The position numbers were made by a program, and so were the translations under genes. Positions 37,064 to 48,600 of a stretch of DNA of 64,000 nucleotides are shown piece after piece. The notes below the pieces were generated by a model that had not been told where the DNA came from, searched no databases, and saw only the letters and a list, made by a program, of their open reading frames with translations. Source of the DNA: Patescibacteria group bacterium (GTDB lineage: Bacteria > Patescibacteriota > Microgenomatia > Levybacterales > UBA12049); contig JBBTVD010000006.1 in the NCBI GenBank assembly GCA_038063415.1, forward strand, positions 137,948 through 201,947. The letters are read 5' to 3'. The first letter of the stretch is position 1, and every line of letters begins with the position of its first letter.

Positions 37064-37089
37064 CAGCCTCTTTAGGATTTCTTTATAAT

Positions 37090-39501
37090 CTACTCCACAG
37101 AGATATCCAAAGCACCTGTCCCATTCAAAAAGAAATTAACTTTCTTTCCACGAGTAATATCCTTGGTTAGTGTATGTTGCGCAAGAAGATCCTCGATATT
37201 GTCCTGAATATACCGCCGAAGTGGTCTCGCACCAAAATCCTTATCAAATCCTTCGGAAACTATCTTTTCAATAACCGCCTCATCAAAAGTGACCGCAACA
37301 TCTTGCTCTGCCAAATGCTTTATCAGTTCATTCAGCATCAAATGAACGACTTTTGTTATTTGCTCGGGACCAAGTGGTTTAAAGGTAACCACATCATCAA
37401 ACCGATTGAGAAGCTCAGGTTTGAAAATCCCTTTTGTTTGTAAATACTGTACTAATTTCTGATGAAAAGCCTTATTAAAAGTCGTGCCGTGACTTAACTC
37501 CTCACGGATAAATTCTGAGCCAGCGTTGGAAGTGGCAATAATAATAGCGTTACGAAAAGATACTGTCTCACCTTTGTTGTCAGTCAAACGGCCATCATCA
37601 AGTATCTGTAAAAAGAGGTTATGAATTGCCGGATGTGCTTTCTCAAACTCATCAAGCAAGATAAGTGAGGCGGGATTATCACGTATTTGCTCTGTTAACA
37701 GGCCTCGTTCGCTTCCTTTACCAGGAGGTGAACCGAGAAGCCTTAGCAAGCCTGCTTCATCAGTATACTCACTCATATCAAAACGAATCATGTTTTTCTC
37801 TCCACCAAAGTAGTAACTTGCAAGCGCTTTGGCTGTTTCTGTCTTTCCTACACCAGTTGGCCCCAGAAAAAGGAACGATATTGGCCGCTCTGAGGTCATG
37901 ACACCAGAGCGTATACGACGCATTGCTTCAGCAATAGCGGTTACTGCATACTCTTGATCAATAAGCCGTTCATGAATCTTTTCTTCAAGATGCAGAAGGG
38001 TATTAATTTCTGATTGAGAGGGTGCGGCTATGGCTACATGGACTGTTTGTTCAACTTTTGTAATAACATCTTTCTCAAGTACGATTTTATGGTGCGTTTT
38101 TTCGAAAGTATCTGCATTGTCAGAGAGCGAGACCGTATTTGCCACTGTGCCAAGGAGTGCAATTGCACTTCCCGGAAGCACTTGATCCTGTAGGAATCGA
38201 TCGGCAAGCTCAACCGATGCAACAATTGCCCGATAACTAAGGATTACTTTGTATTTTTTTTCAATGACACTTGCTTCAGCAAGTACCATCTGCATTGTTG
38301 CTTCTTTGTCAGGCTCCTTCATCGGTATAATGGTAAAGGCTTCCTTTAAAGGATTCCTATCCATATAGGCCTTATAGCTACCAGTTGTCATGGTTGCAAT
38401 AATTGGCATATTGCCCGACTGGAGGTAAGGGAGAATAGCCCCTGAAAGATCAAGATTATAGGAAGTTGCGCCGACGATATTTTGAAATTCTGGAATATAA
38501 AGCACCACATCACTGGCATGTGAAAGCTCGCCAATAATAGCCTGTAGACGTACTTCCAAATCACTCCTGGTGGAAGCTCCAGCAGTGAGCGCACCGACAA
38601 GCAGTTGATAAAACTTCTTATAATTGAGGCCACCACCAAGATTACCCTCAAAACTATGATACGCCAAAGCTCGAATCAGATGTTCTTTTCCGACGCCACT
38701 TTCGCCAACAAGCAGTACATTATTACTTTCAAGTCTGAGAATACTCTCAAGCATCGTTTTGAATTCAGCCTCACGCCCTTTGATAAACGGTTCTCCACGA
38801 GTTGCGAGCGAGGTAAAGTCTGCTGTATATTTTTGGGTTTCGGGAGTCCAGCCATCAACTAATGCGTCACCAAACCCTCCCCCTTCAATATGTATTTGTA
38901 TTTTCTTCGGATTTTCTTCTTGAGGGAAAGCTACGCGTGCCCAAGTAACAATACTCACCAAATCCTGGGTTTTTAACTGCTTGGCAAATAATAGCTTGGT
39001 ATCTTTTTCAATCATAAGCAGATACGCAAGGAAAATATCAATCGTTGTTACATAGTTACCACGAAATGTTTTTGCTGTATCAAAAGCACTTTGTGCTAAT
39101 GTCTCACTTTTTAACGGTTCCAAAGGCAGATCTGTATGCGTAATTGTCGTTTTCTGCATAATTGCTTTTATTTGCGGATATTTAATAAGCTTCTGAAGAA
39201 TCTGGGTTGTTGTCTGACCTGTAGCAAAGCCATCAACTGCTTGTAACGTAAATGAATCATAGATTTTTTTACCATCGTTTTTTTCCACAGGAATTGCTGG
39301 TAAAACCCTGCTCACTTTATAATGGAAAAACAGTTCAATCATGACAAAAATATTAAAGAAGAATTGTGGGAGAACAGGAGAGAGACCATTGGTTAGATTA
39401 TAATAAAGAATGTAGACTAACAAGAAAAAGATAAGTAATCGGATACTCCGAAGCAAAGCATTTCTGTACCATTTATATAATTTTGAGTAAAGAACCATCA
39501 T
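37090..39501 (-). CDS. membrane-anchored Clp/Hsp100-family double-AAA+ ATPase (ClpC/ClpA-like)
   Basis: Two N-terminal TM helices, Clp_N-like repeats, NBD1 (LLVGESGVGKEHL) and NBD2 ([17 protein letters not shown]...LLDEFEKAHP...GRLTDNKG...ATSNAGS...GARPLRR). Confidence 0.75.
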   Translation of the reverse strand: MMVLYSKLYKWYRNALLRSIRLLIFFLLVYILYYNLTNGLSPVLPQFFFNIFVMIELFFHYKVSRVLPAIPVEKNDGKKIYDSFTLQAVDGFATGQTTTQILQKLIKYPQIKAIMQKTTITHTDLPLEPLKSETLAQSAFDTAKTFRGNYVTTIDIFLAYLLMIEKDTKLLFAKQLKTQDLVSIVTWARVAFPQEENPKKIQIHIEGGGFGDALVDGWTPETQKYTADFTSLATRGEPFIKGREAEFKTMLESILRLESNNVLLVGESGVGKEHLIRALAYHSFEGNLGGGLNYKKFYQLLVGALTAGASTRSDLEVRLQAIIGELSHASDVVLYIPEFQNIVGATSYNLDLSGAILPYLQSGNMPIIATMTTGSYKAYMDRNPLKEAFTIIPMKEPDKEATMQMVLAEASVIEKKYKVILSYRAIVASVELADRFLQDQVLPGSAIALLGTVANTVSLSDNADTFEKTHHKIVLEKDVITKVEQTVHVAIAAPSQSEINTLLHLEEKIHERLIDQEYAVTAIAEAMRRIRSGVMTSERPISFLFLGPTGVGKTETAKALASYYFGGEKNMIRFDMSEYTDEAGLLRLLGSPPGKGSERGLLTEQIRDNPASLILLDEFEKAHPAIHNLFLQILDDGRLTDNKGETVSFRNAIIIATSNAGSEFIREELSHGTTFNKAFHQKLVQYLQTKGIFKPELLNRFDDVVTFKPLGPEQITKVVHLMLNELIKHLAEQDVAVTFDEAVIEKIVSEGFDKDFGARPLRRYIQDNIEDLLAQHTLTKDITRGKKVNFFLNGTGALDISVE

Positions 39502-39503
39502 TG

Positions 39504-39881
39504 TTATAAAAATAATAACGCTAGTGTCAAAATAGGAAAGGCAAGAAAGCTGACAAAGATAATTGCTTCAAAAGTAAGGAGCATCAAGAACAGAACAACT
39601 TCAATTGGAATAAGCATTGTTTTGAGGGTAATTCCCATGGCTCTTGAGAAACCTACGAGGCCTTCACGATATTCATTTTTCAAAGGTTTGAAAAACGTTT
39701 TAATAAAGAGCGGTAAAGAAAATATTCGTAAAAACGCATCATTCACTGACCGCAAAAAGACAAACAATCCAACAGGAGCTTCTACATACCAAAAATGTAA
39801 AAAATGAAAAGGAAGAAAAGTATATTGTTTCATAGGGCAGCGTGTTGTTCTTAGTATAAAAAGTATGGGTGCAAAATACAA
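39504..39881 (-). CDS. small polytopic membrane protein (125 aa, ~4 TM)
   Basis: Hydrophobic. Its stop overlaps the start of the downstream Clp gene by 4 nt (ATGA), consistent with operon membership. Confidence 0.4.
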   Translation of the reverse strand: MYFAPILFILRTTRCPMKQYTFLPFHFLHFWYVEAPVGLFVFLRSVNDAFLRIFSLPLFIKTFFKPLKNEYREGLVGFSRAMGITLKTMLIPIEVVLFLMLLTFEAIIFVSFLAFPILTLALLFL

Positions 39882-39896
39882 CCTAACGAACCAGTA

Positions 39897-41588
39897 CTAG
39901 TATCCAAGCAGAGAAAATAGCTTCTGTAAAAACGATAGAATAAGCGACAAAAGTTTATAGACTAATCCTTTTTGACTTTCTTGCCCATCTGATTGCATAG
40001 TTTTGTTGGGATGATCAGAAGGAATGACCGTCATAACATCTGAAGGAGATACTGTTTGGAGAGACACGACAGGTGAAAGTGAAGCATCTTCTATTGGAGC
40101 TGTGGGGGTTAAGGATGGAGGATGGGTAGTAAGCGTTAGACATCCCCCAAGGCAATACATAAAACTCGTAGGAGTTGCTGAGGCTTCTGTTGTTGAAGGA
40201 GATGGATCACTGTAGCCTACTGCTTTTGCGGCGTTTATCCGTCCTGCTTGCCAAAACGTTCCTGTTCCTTCAATGTGATCAGCCGTCGCGTATAACCGCT
40301 GCACAACGTGGGTATTGGATCCACCATAAGCGGAATCCCATACCAATGCAGCAATGCCACTTACAAGAGGTGCGGCCATTGATGTCCCGGAAAGATAATC
40401 ATAGTTTGTTTGAAGAGACAAAACATTTTGCATACCAAAGGCGTGCGTGGGGAAAGTCGAATAACTATTTTCTCCAGGTGCGGATATTTGAACCCATGAA
40501 CCATGATTGGAAAAAATTGCTTTTTGATCAAGATTATTGGTTGCAGCAACAGACATAACATTGGTTAATGCTCCCGGATAAAATTTGGTAGTATTTCCCT
40601 GATTACCCACCGCAGCAACAACGAGCGATCCCTTTTCCCAAGCATAGGCTACTGCATCGGACTGTACTTGGGTAAAATCATTACCACCAAGGCTAATGTT
40701 AATAATATGTGCACCATTATCGACAGCCCAAATAATACCTTCCGCAACGACTGCCGTATCACTCATGCCATCGTCTCCGACTGTCTTTGCAATCAGTAAT
40801 TGACAACGAGGACAAGCGCCGGCAATACCTCGCTCGTTATTTGTCTTAGCAGCAATAACCCCTGCGACATGTGTCCCATGACCATATTTATCGTCAACCG
40901 TATTGGTAATAAAATTCTTCTGAGCAATCACTTGTGAGGCAATGTCTGGGTGCGTCAGATCAATGCCCGTATCAAGTACAGCAATCTTAATCCCCTCTCC
41001 TTGACTCACATCCCAAGCAGCAGTAATTTGGACATCGGCATGAGCGAGACCACTTTTCCCCTTTATTGTTTGGGCAGTATTCAGTAACCCCCATTGATTT
41101 CTAAAATAGGTATCATTGGGGATCATCTGAATCTGTTGTCGATAATTTTGCTCTACATAAGCAAGTAATTCCGACGCAAGAAGTGCATCCTCAAGCATTG
41201 TCTCTTGTTCTTCTGGAACGGAAATGACATAGGTGGAGAGGGCTGGAATTTTTTTCTCAATCTTGGCATTGTATCTTGTCAGCAAATCAGTCAATTGCGC
41301 TTCAGTAACACTCTCCTTTACCCGAATGACAAGTTGTCCCGCGATAGCGGTATTTTCTTTAGTTGATGATGGAACAATATTGACTACTGCATTTTGGTCA
41401 GGCATTTCGGAAGGACCAATTGTCGGAGAAGGACTTAAGGGGGAAGTATTGTTTGTAAAATAAGAAAAATAAAAAAATACACCAAGCAGGATAAAAAAGG
41501 TAATAAGTATTATGGGGATATGCAGGTTTGTTTTTTTACGAAGCTGCTCCGGAAGAGCCTCTGGAGGAAGCACTGAATGTTCTGACAT
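39897..41588 (-). CDS. membrane-anchored subtilisin-like serine protease (peptidase S8)
   Basis: N-terminal TM, propeptide-like region, catalytic triad contexts VLDTGID, HGTHVAGVIAA and GTSMAAPLVSG, plus a Ser/Thr/Pro-rich C-terminal tail. Confidence 0.8.
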   Translation of the reverse strand: MSEHSVLPPEALPEQLRKKTNLHIPIILITFFILLGVFFYFSYFTNNTSPLSPSPTIGPSEMPDQNAVVNIVPSSTKENTAIAGQLVIRVKESVTEAQLTDLLTRYNAKIEKKIPALSTYVISVPEEQETMLEDALLASELLAYVEQNYRQQIQMIPNDTYFRNQWGLLNTAQTIKGKSGLAHADVQITAAWDVSQGEGIKIAVLDTGIDLTHPDIASQVIAQKNFITNTVDDKYGHGTHVAGVIAAKTNNERGIAGACPRCQLLIAKTVGDDGMSDTAVVAEGIIWAVDNGAHIINISLGGNDFTQVQSDAVAYAWEKGSLVVAAVGNQGNTTKFYPGALTNVMSVAATNNLDQKAIFSNHGSWVQISAPGENSYSTFPTHAFGMQNVLSLQTNYDYLSGTSMAAPLVSGIAALVWDSAYGGSNTHVVQRLYATADHIEGTGTFWQAGRINAAKAVGYSDPSPSTTEASATPTSFMYCLGGCLTLTTHPPSLTPTAPIEDASLSPVVSLQTVSPSDVMTVIPSDHPNKTMQSDGQESQKGLVYKLLSLILSFLQKLFSLLGY

Positions 41589-41631
41589 ATCTTAAGCCTA
41601 CGAGAACCGTCTGCGTCTGTCAAGCCATAGA

Positions 41632-44600
41632 CTATTGCTGCGGCTGTAATGCTGCTCCGTTGATGTCAACGGGAGTAACAGCAGGAGCTGCTTGCTGTGG
41701 TTGTTGAAATGGAGTAGCAACCGGTGGTTGGAACACTGGCGTTGTTGGCTGCTCTGGCATGGCTGGCATCTGTGGGACTGTCCCAGATGCCGCCAATGAG
41801 TCAACCGTCACAACAGTAGGAATTTGAATAATTGGGTTCACCATTGCTGGTTGCTGAGCAATTTGCTCAAAAGGTGCTGGGTTTACCGAAGCGGGAGCAA
41901 TCGGGGCAGCAACCGCTGGAGCCTCTGTCCTCCCAAATGTACCTGCAACTGCATCAAGGATGAGCAACCCTACCATATCATTCTGTATTTTTGCTTGCTC
42001 CAATTGTTGTTTAAGCTGTGTAAGCTCTTCATTGGTCGTAGCCTCGGTTATAGCAAGCACCATAGCCGCAAGCTTATTGCTATTTTCGGCTTCATGGGAT
42101 ATCTTTGCCTGCAAGTCCGTGTATTGTGTTCTTTCTGCCTCTGATGCTGCTGCTATCGGATTAATCAACAGGTTCAGTGTTTGGCGAAGATCATTGACAT
42201 CAGCATTCTTTAGTTCCTCCGCAACTGCTGTAAGGATTTCTATTGCCAATGGATCTCCGTTTTTCTTTGCCAATTCTAGTTTGTTATATACATCTTGAAT
42301 ATCTGCATCTGAAGTAATATCAGTAATGGCCAATATTGCAGCTGCAAGTTGATGATTTTGTTTGCTGGCTTCCGTAATTTTCTCATTAAGCTGGCTAAAC
42401 TTCGCTTTATTCTCAGGAGAGGCCAGATAGAGTGGATTACTTAGTTGCCTAAAGATTTTTTTGTATTGAGAACCAGGATTGGCTGTTTTTGACTGAGCTG
42501 AGTCCGCTACCATTGCATTGACAGCTGCAAGCACATCTGTCGCGAATTCACTCCCCTGATTTTTTGCTTGCTCCAAATCATGCATCAGTGTCTCAATTAT
42601 CTGTGGTGGAGTGGCATCATTTACCGCCATGATGCTCACTGCAAGTTGATTTTGCTGTTGCTGTTCGGCAAGCAGTCGCTCATGAAGTGCAACAAACTTT
42701 TCTTTTTCTACCGGAGAGGTAACGGTAGCTGGATTAATAATCTGTAACAACACTTTCTTAAAGGTTGTCGCTGTTTGGATTTGCTTTGCAACACTATTTG
42801 CCAAATCCAACAATTCAATCGCAAAAGCATCCCCTTTCTTCTTTGCATCTTCAAGATCTTTACGAATCTTTTGAATCTCAGTGGTTGAAGAGGTTGAATT
42901 TACTGACAAAATTGCTGTAGCTGTCCCGTTGCCTCCAGTACTTGCTTGAACACATTTATCATGGAGTGCACTAAATTTCATTTTTTCTTCTGCATCCGTA
43001 ATACTTTCAGGCTGGGCAACTTTTTGAAGGACTTCTTTGAATTGTTCATCAGTTAGTACAATTGCCGTCTCTGAAGAAGTATCTTTGACGAAAACAAACT
43101 CGTTGGTATCAGTACTGTAATCGATAACGATCGTATCTCCAACAACAAATTTCTTCCCAATAATAGCAAGCGCAATTGGATTCTCTATGGCAGTTTGAAT
43201 CAGACGGCGAAGTGGACGTGCCCCATAGACAGGATCATAGCCATCCTTAGCAAGCTGTGCCACTGCTTTTTCGGTAATCTGGAGAGTATACCCTTCTTCT
43301 TTTAAAAGCTTTGCTGTCTTTGCAATTTCGAGACGGACAATGCCTGCCATATGCTCTGGTCGAAGTGGCTTAAAGATAACTACCTCATCAAAACGATTCA
43401 GCACCTCAGGACGAAGGAACTTCGTCAGCTCTTCTTTTACGATTTTTTGTAGATCCGTAAACTGTTTGTTGAGCTGTTCTGCTGTTGGCTTTGCTTGTGC
43501 ATCAATTGCACTGAGTTGTTGCTGAATGAGTGAACTTCCAATGTTGGAAGTACAAATCACAATGGTATTTTTGAAGGAAATAGTATTCCCTTTGTTATCT
43601 GTCAATCGACCATCCTCAAGAAGTTGCAAGAGGATATTGAAGACATCAGGATGTGCTTTTTCGATTTCGTCCATAAGCACAATTGAATAGGGTTTCTTTC
43701 GGACAGCTTCAGTCAGTACCCCACCTTCTTCATAACCGACATATCCGGGAGGAGCACCAATAAGTTTGGCGACTTCGTGTTTTTCCATGTACTCAGACAT
43801 ATCAAGCCGAGCCATCGCATCATCACGTCCAAAAAGTAATTCAGCTAAGGTCTTGGCAAGTTCTGTTTTACCAACACCAGTAGGTCCAAGGAAGATAAAC
43901 GAAGCAATTGGCCGCTTACCAGAAGCAAGACCAATTCGACCACGTCTGACAGCTTCAGAGACGGCACTTACCGCTTCTTCTTGATCAATCAATCGTTGGT
44001 GAATACGGTCCTCAAGTTTGAGCAATTTTTCACTTTCATCTTCAGTAAGTTTGGTAATCGGGATACCTGTCCATGCACTCACCACTTTTTCGATATCTGA
44101 CTTTTTGATTTGATTATCACCACGTTTCCCTCCATCCATTTGCAATTTGACTTCAGAAGAGGCTTCATCAAGTAAATCGACCGCTTTGTCAGGGAGATAT
44201 CGCTCACCGATATATTTCTTAGAAAGCTTGACACATTCCTTAAGCGCATCGTCAGGGATGGTTACATGATGGAATTTCTCATATTTAGGACGGATAACTT
44301 TGAGCATCTCAACGGCATTTTCTTCACTTGGTTCTTCAGCAGTTACTGGCTGGAAGCGTCGCTCAAAAGCTTTATCTTTTTCAAAATTTTTACGATACTC
44401 AGTCGTCGTGGTCGCTCCAATTAATTGAAAATGTCCACGAGCCAGATGTGGCTTGATGATATTGGCAGCACTCATACCTTCGTCACCACCAGCACCCATC
44501 AAGGTATGAATTTCATCAATGAAGAGAACGATTTTATTATTTGCACCAAGCACTTCGTTAATTACTCCTCGAAGTCTTTCTTCAAACTCTCCCCGGTGAC

Positions 44601-45621
44601 TTGCGCCAGCAACAAGGGAAGCTACATCAAGTTGAAAAATTCGTTTGTCTTGCAAATCTTTTGGTATTTTCCCATTTACAATCATTTGAGCGAGCCCTTC
44701 AACAATAGCAGTCTTTCCAACACCCGTCTCACCAATAATGATTGGGTTATTTTTGGTTCTTCGAAGAAGGATGTGGACAATACGGTCGACTTCCTTTTCG
44801 CGTCCAGCAACAGGATCAAGCCGTCCGGCTCGAGCCTCTTCTGTCAAATCAAGACCATATTTTTCAAGAATGGTCTTGTGACTATAGTTTGCTTTTGGAT
44901 TTTTTGATAGCTTATCAACAATAGCTTCTTTTTTGAGCCCCTTCTTTTGCAAATAAGCTCCTGTCGTATAGGTGGGAGAAGAAAGCACAATCAAAAGATC
45001 TTCAGGAGAAATAAAATTTGACCCACGCATCTTTGCATCGCGATATGCCTGATCAAAAACTTCTTGAGCAGTTTTGCTCAGAACTGGTTGTTCTTTAAAC
45101 GTACCCATTTTTTCGGCAGCTTGTACTTCTTTTGATAATGCCCCCCCATCTTGTTGAAAATCAGCTAGTAACTGGTAAATCTGCTGATCGTAAAGCAATC
45201 CAATAAGCAATTGATCAGGCTCTATAAACTGTTGTTTGATCCTTTTTGTCTCTTCCTGCGCATGTGTCAGTACTTGTGAAGTACGTGGATCTAAGTGACT
45301 AAGCGCTGAGACATCCGACGTAACGGGAGTCCCAGTATCCACATTGGAGGTTGAGACAGGAGTAGTTACTGCCGCAGGATCAGTTGTAGGTACTATGGTA
45401 GGATCGCTCGTTACAGTAGGATCAGTAGCGGACGGAGATGTGGGATCGCTTGCACTTGTTGAGGACGAAACAACTGGGGTTTGCGCCTGTGAAGGTGATG
45501 CCGTAGGTGCAGCAGAAGGCGGTGCTACTGGCTGTTGAGATTGATCCACTGGAGCTGCCGCTGTTGAATCAGCAGATGGATCATCTTTCCCTTTTTTTTG
45601 ATTGAAAATTCCTCCAAACAT
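41632..45621 (-). CDS. giant (1329 aa) Clp/Hsp100-family double-AAA+ ATPase with N-terminal Pro/Ser/Thr-rich region, Clp_N domain, and C-terminal ~370-aa array of ~72-aa repeats plus Pro/Gln-rich tail
   Basis: NBD1 ([18 protein letters not shown]...LFIDEIHTL), a short ClpA/C-type linker, and NBD2 ([17 protein letters not shown]...[14 protein letters not shown]...GRLTDNKG...CTSNIGS...GARPLRR). The C-terminal repeats read [LV]LQ.IxNPAxVTSPxEKEKFxxLHxxL...LAxxIxAxxDxT...IxxLxxxLExAKxxGxxxA. The same repeat family occurs in the adjacent membrane protein. Confidence 0.8.
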   Translation of the reverse strand: MFGGIFNQKKGKDDPSADSTAAAPVDQSQQPVAPPSAAPTASPSQAQTPVVSSSTSASDPTSPSATDPTVTSDPTIVPTTDPAAVTTPVSTSNVDTGTPVTSDVSALSHLDPRTSQVLTHAQEETKRIKQQFIEPDQLLIGLLYDQQIYQLLADFQQDGGALSKEVQAAEKMGTFKEQPVLSKTAQEVFDQAYRDAKMRGSNFISPEDLLIVLSSPTYTTGAYLQKKGLKKEAIVDKLSKNPKANYSHKTILEKYGLDLTEEARAGRLDPVAGREKEVDRIVHILLRRTKNNPIIIGETGVGKTAIVEGLAQMIVNGKIPKDLQDKRIFQLDVASLVAGASHRGEFEERLRGVINEVLGANNKIVLFIDEIHTLMGAGGDEGMSAANIIKPHLARGHFQLIGATTTTEYRKNFEKDKAFERRFQPVTAEEPSEENAVEMLKVIRPKYEKFHHVTIPDDALKECVKLSKKYIGERYLPDKAVDLLDEASSEVKLQMDGGKRGDNQIKKSDIEKVVSAWTGIPITKLTEDESEKLLKLEDRIHQRLIDQEEAVSAVSEAVRRGRIGLASGKRPIASFIFLGPTGVGKTELAKTLAELLFGRDDAMARLDMSEYMEKHEVAKLIGAPPGYVGYEEGGVLTEAVRKKPYSIVLMDEIEKAHPDVFNILLQLLEDGRLTDNKGNTISFKNTIVICTSNIGSSLIQQQLSAIDAQAKPTAEQLNKQFTDLQKIVKEELTKFLRPEVLNRFDEVVIFKPLRPEHMAGIVRLEIAKTAKLLKEEGYTLQITEKAVAQLAKDGYDPVYGARPLRRLIQTAIENPIALAIIGKKFVVGDTIVIDYSTDTNEFVFVKDTSSETAIVLTDEQFKEVLQKVAQPESITDAEEKMKFSALHDKCVQASTGGNGTATAILSVNSTSSTTEIQKIRKDLEDAKKKGDAFAIELLDLANSVAKQIQTATTFKKVLLQIINPATVTSPVEKEKFVALHERLLAEQQQQNQLAVSIMAVNDATPPQIIETLMHDLEQAKNQGSEFATDVLAAVNAMVADSAQSKTANPGSQYKKIFRQLSNPLYLASPENKAKFSQLNEKITEASKQNHQLAAAILAITDITSDADIQDVYNKLELAKKNGDPLAIEILTAVAEELKNADVNDLRQTLNLLINPIAAASEAERTQYTDLQAKISHEAENSNKLAAMVLAITEATTNEELTQLKQQLEQAKIQNDMVGLLILDAVAGTFGRTEAPAVAAPIAPASVNPAPFEQIAQQPAMVNPIIQIPTVVTVDSLAASGTVPQMPAMPEQPTTPVFQPPVATPFQQPQQAAPAVTPVDINGAALQPQQ
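41930..43040 (-). repeat. array of about five ~72-aa protein repeats (approximate DNA span) within the AAA+ ATPase gene
   Basis: Seen in the translation. Example unit: [78 protein letters not shown]. Confidence 0.6.
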
Positions 45622-45673
45622 AGGCAGTACTAGTACTATTAAATACTAATTTCAGAAAAAGGGCAAGGCCTTT

Positions 45674-48600
45674 TTACTCTTCACTTTTCATTTCTTTTTG
45701 CTCTTTTGTGCCTTGCTGAGCAGGAACGCTTATTTTTTGTTCTTCCTCGTTGGTCATTGCTTTGAGTACTGTTTCTGCTGCTTCACGTTTTGTTTGTAAA
45801 TAAGCAATAATTTCATTGAAAGAGAAGCCGCCCAGCAACAGGAATGGTAGAATATCGGTTACTTTTTTCATCCCTTCTTCTTTCTTTTCTTTCTCGGGTG
45901 AAACCAGTAAGTTAACCGTATCAGTCATTTGCTGCATATCGGCTTTTATCCAATCCATTCTTCCCTTATCATCTTCTGTATAACCTTGAGGAACAAGCAG
46001 TTTTTGATAGTTTTCTTCCCACATCTTCTTTACTTCTGTGTATTCTTCATTATTAACTTGTTGTGTTGTGTTTACCGAGGTGAGAAGGGCACTCCCCATA
46101 CTACCAAGAACTTTTGCCGCGATAGGATCATTATTTTTCTTTGCTTCTTGCAGTTGATCAAAAAGCTTTTGTATGTCTTGAGCAGGAGCCGTTTCTTTTA
46201 CCACCAATACTTGGGTGGCCGTAGCATTTCCATCAGTACTTGCCTTTGTTAGTTCATCGTGTAATTTGGTAAAGTATGCTTTGTCGGCATCAGACGAAAG
46301 TTTTTCGGGATGATTGATATGATCCAACACCTTTCGCAACTCTTTAAGAGTAACTACTTGATCAAGGACATTTACCACCTGTGTAGCAATTGGACTTCCT
46401 TGTTGTTTCTCAGAAGCAAGTTTTCCTTTTAATGTTTCAATATCGGCAACGGAGGTCTGATCACTCACTGCAAGAACCTGTGTCGCAAGTTCATTCTTCG
46501 ACTCGCTTTCTTTGACAAGGAATTCGTGTAGCCGTGTATAGAAGTCTCTCTCCGCCTCAACAGGAACTTTTGTAGGATCAGCAATTTGTACGAGTACGTT
46601 TTTTAGTTCTGCGAGTGTTAGTGCAAGCATTTCAACTTCTCCACTCAGATTCTGAGCTGCAGAAAGGATCGCACCAGCGGTGATATCTCCTTTTTGCCCA
46701 GCAAGCACCAAGCGTTCTCGTAATGCTTCATATTTTTCTCGTTCAGGACTCGCTGTTAGTTGCATTGGATTTGCAATATGGGTAAGTATCTCCTTTGCTT
46801 TAGCAACTCCCTCTTGCTGCGTTTTATCTCGTGAGAGTAGACGAGTTTCATACCGCGCAATATCACGCATTTTCGGGATCTTTAAATCAACGATGTTCAT
46901 AATGTCATTTGAAATAGTAGGAGTAACAACGGTTGTTTTGCTTATACCACTTGCTAACAAGCTCTCATCACCTTCCTCGGTACCGCTTGCAACTGAAGCT
47001 GAGTTACTTGCTGAGGGCTCATCCATAGTAGCAGCCATGGTTGCTTGATTTTCAGCTTTCCTCGTCGTGACGGTAACTTTCTCTTCCTCATCTTGCACAA
47101 GTGCAACGGATATCTCTTTGGCAGCATCTTGTTTTGCCTTCAGATATCCGACAACTTCTGTCTGAGAAAATCCTCCGACAAGAAGAAAAGGAAGAATGTC
47201 AGAGACTTCTTGCATTCCTTGATTAACGACATCAGGATCAGCAGCGGTAAGCATACCGACGATTTCATCTATCTTTGCGATATCATCACGAATCCATTCA
47301 CTTCTATTACCAGCCATGCCTTCTGGTACTTCAAGGTTTTGGTAATTCTCTTTCCACATATCCTTAATGGCCTTGTAATCCTGTTGGCTAACGTTCTGCA
47401 CTCGATTAACTGAGGGGAGAGAGACTCGGGCAGCTGTTTCTCCAACCTTAGCAAGCTCGGTCGCAATAGGCTCTCCCTTCTCTTTTGCCTGAAGAATTTT
47501 CTCTTGAAGTTTCTCAATATCTGCAGTTGAAGTTTTTTCTGTCATACCAAGAATTGATCCTGCAAGCTCATTTCCTTCTTTACTTGCTTTAGACAATGAA
47601 TCTTTAAGTTTAGTAAGTCTCTCTTTTTCAACAGGAGAGACTGCCACTGCTGGATTAGCAATTTGCTGAAGGACACTACGCACTTGCTCGGTTGATTGCA
47701 CTTGTTTGACTGACGAATCAATTGTTGACAAAACAGAGGATGCAACACTGTTCTCTTTGGCTTGCATAATCTGATTTTGAATCTTCTCAATCTCTACTGT
47801 TGAGGTTTTATCGGTAACCGAAAGGATAGAGGTTGCAAGCTGATTATTATTCTCTTTACTTTCCTTAGAAAGGGTATCATGAAGCTTAGTCATTTTTTCC
47901 CGATCAGCAACATTGGTAATAGAGGCTGGATTGGCAATTTGTTGTAGGACTGTTTGCATTTGAGCTGTACTTACTTGTTGCTTCTGTCCCCCTGAAATCG
48001 TATTCATAACACTCACCGCAACCTCCTGCTGTTTTGCCTGCATCAATGTATCTCGGATTTTTTCTACCTCTTTTGCCGAAGTGTTTTCATTTACGGACAA
48101 AATGGACGAAGCAAGGGCATTGTTATTCTCCTTACTTTCCTTAGAAAGCATTTGATTAAGCTTTGTCATCCGCTCTCGATCTACAATATTATTTACTGAA
48201 GCTGGATTTGCAATCTGTTGTAGCACATTTTTAATTTGACTATTGGTTGCCATTGATTGCGACATTGTACTTGCAGCATTCAAGATAGATGCTGCCATAT
48301 TATTCCCTTGCTGAGTCTCTTTACGTAATCGATCACGGAGCTGATTATATTGTTGTCTATCTGTTGTTGCTGTCACTGCCATAGGATTGGCAATACGTTC
48401 AAGTTTTTCTCGTACTTGTGTAACTTCTTGACGTTGACTTGCATCCTTTGATAAGAGTGCCGTTTCATATTTAGCAATATCACGCATAGAAGGAAGAGAA
48501 AGATTTGCTACATTTAATATTTGTGCATTTGCTTGCGAAATAGGCATGACACGAGGCTGGCTTGCAGACATTGTCGCAGGGGTAGTTTCATAGACAATCT

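Noticed and set aside
41598-45538. Numerous 60-160-aa ORFs on either strand inside the 1329-aa ATPase gene (for example 41824-42144, 43340-43525, 44425-44907, 45344-45538)
   Set aside because: All lie within a gene with unambiguous Clp/Hsp100 homology, in other frames or on the opposite strand. They are low-complexity translations.
37090-45621. Interpretation of the Clp-type ATPases as T6SS ClpV
   Set aside because: There are no TssB/TssC/Hcp/VgrG genes or other T6SS hallmarks in the 13-kb operon or its flanks.
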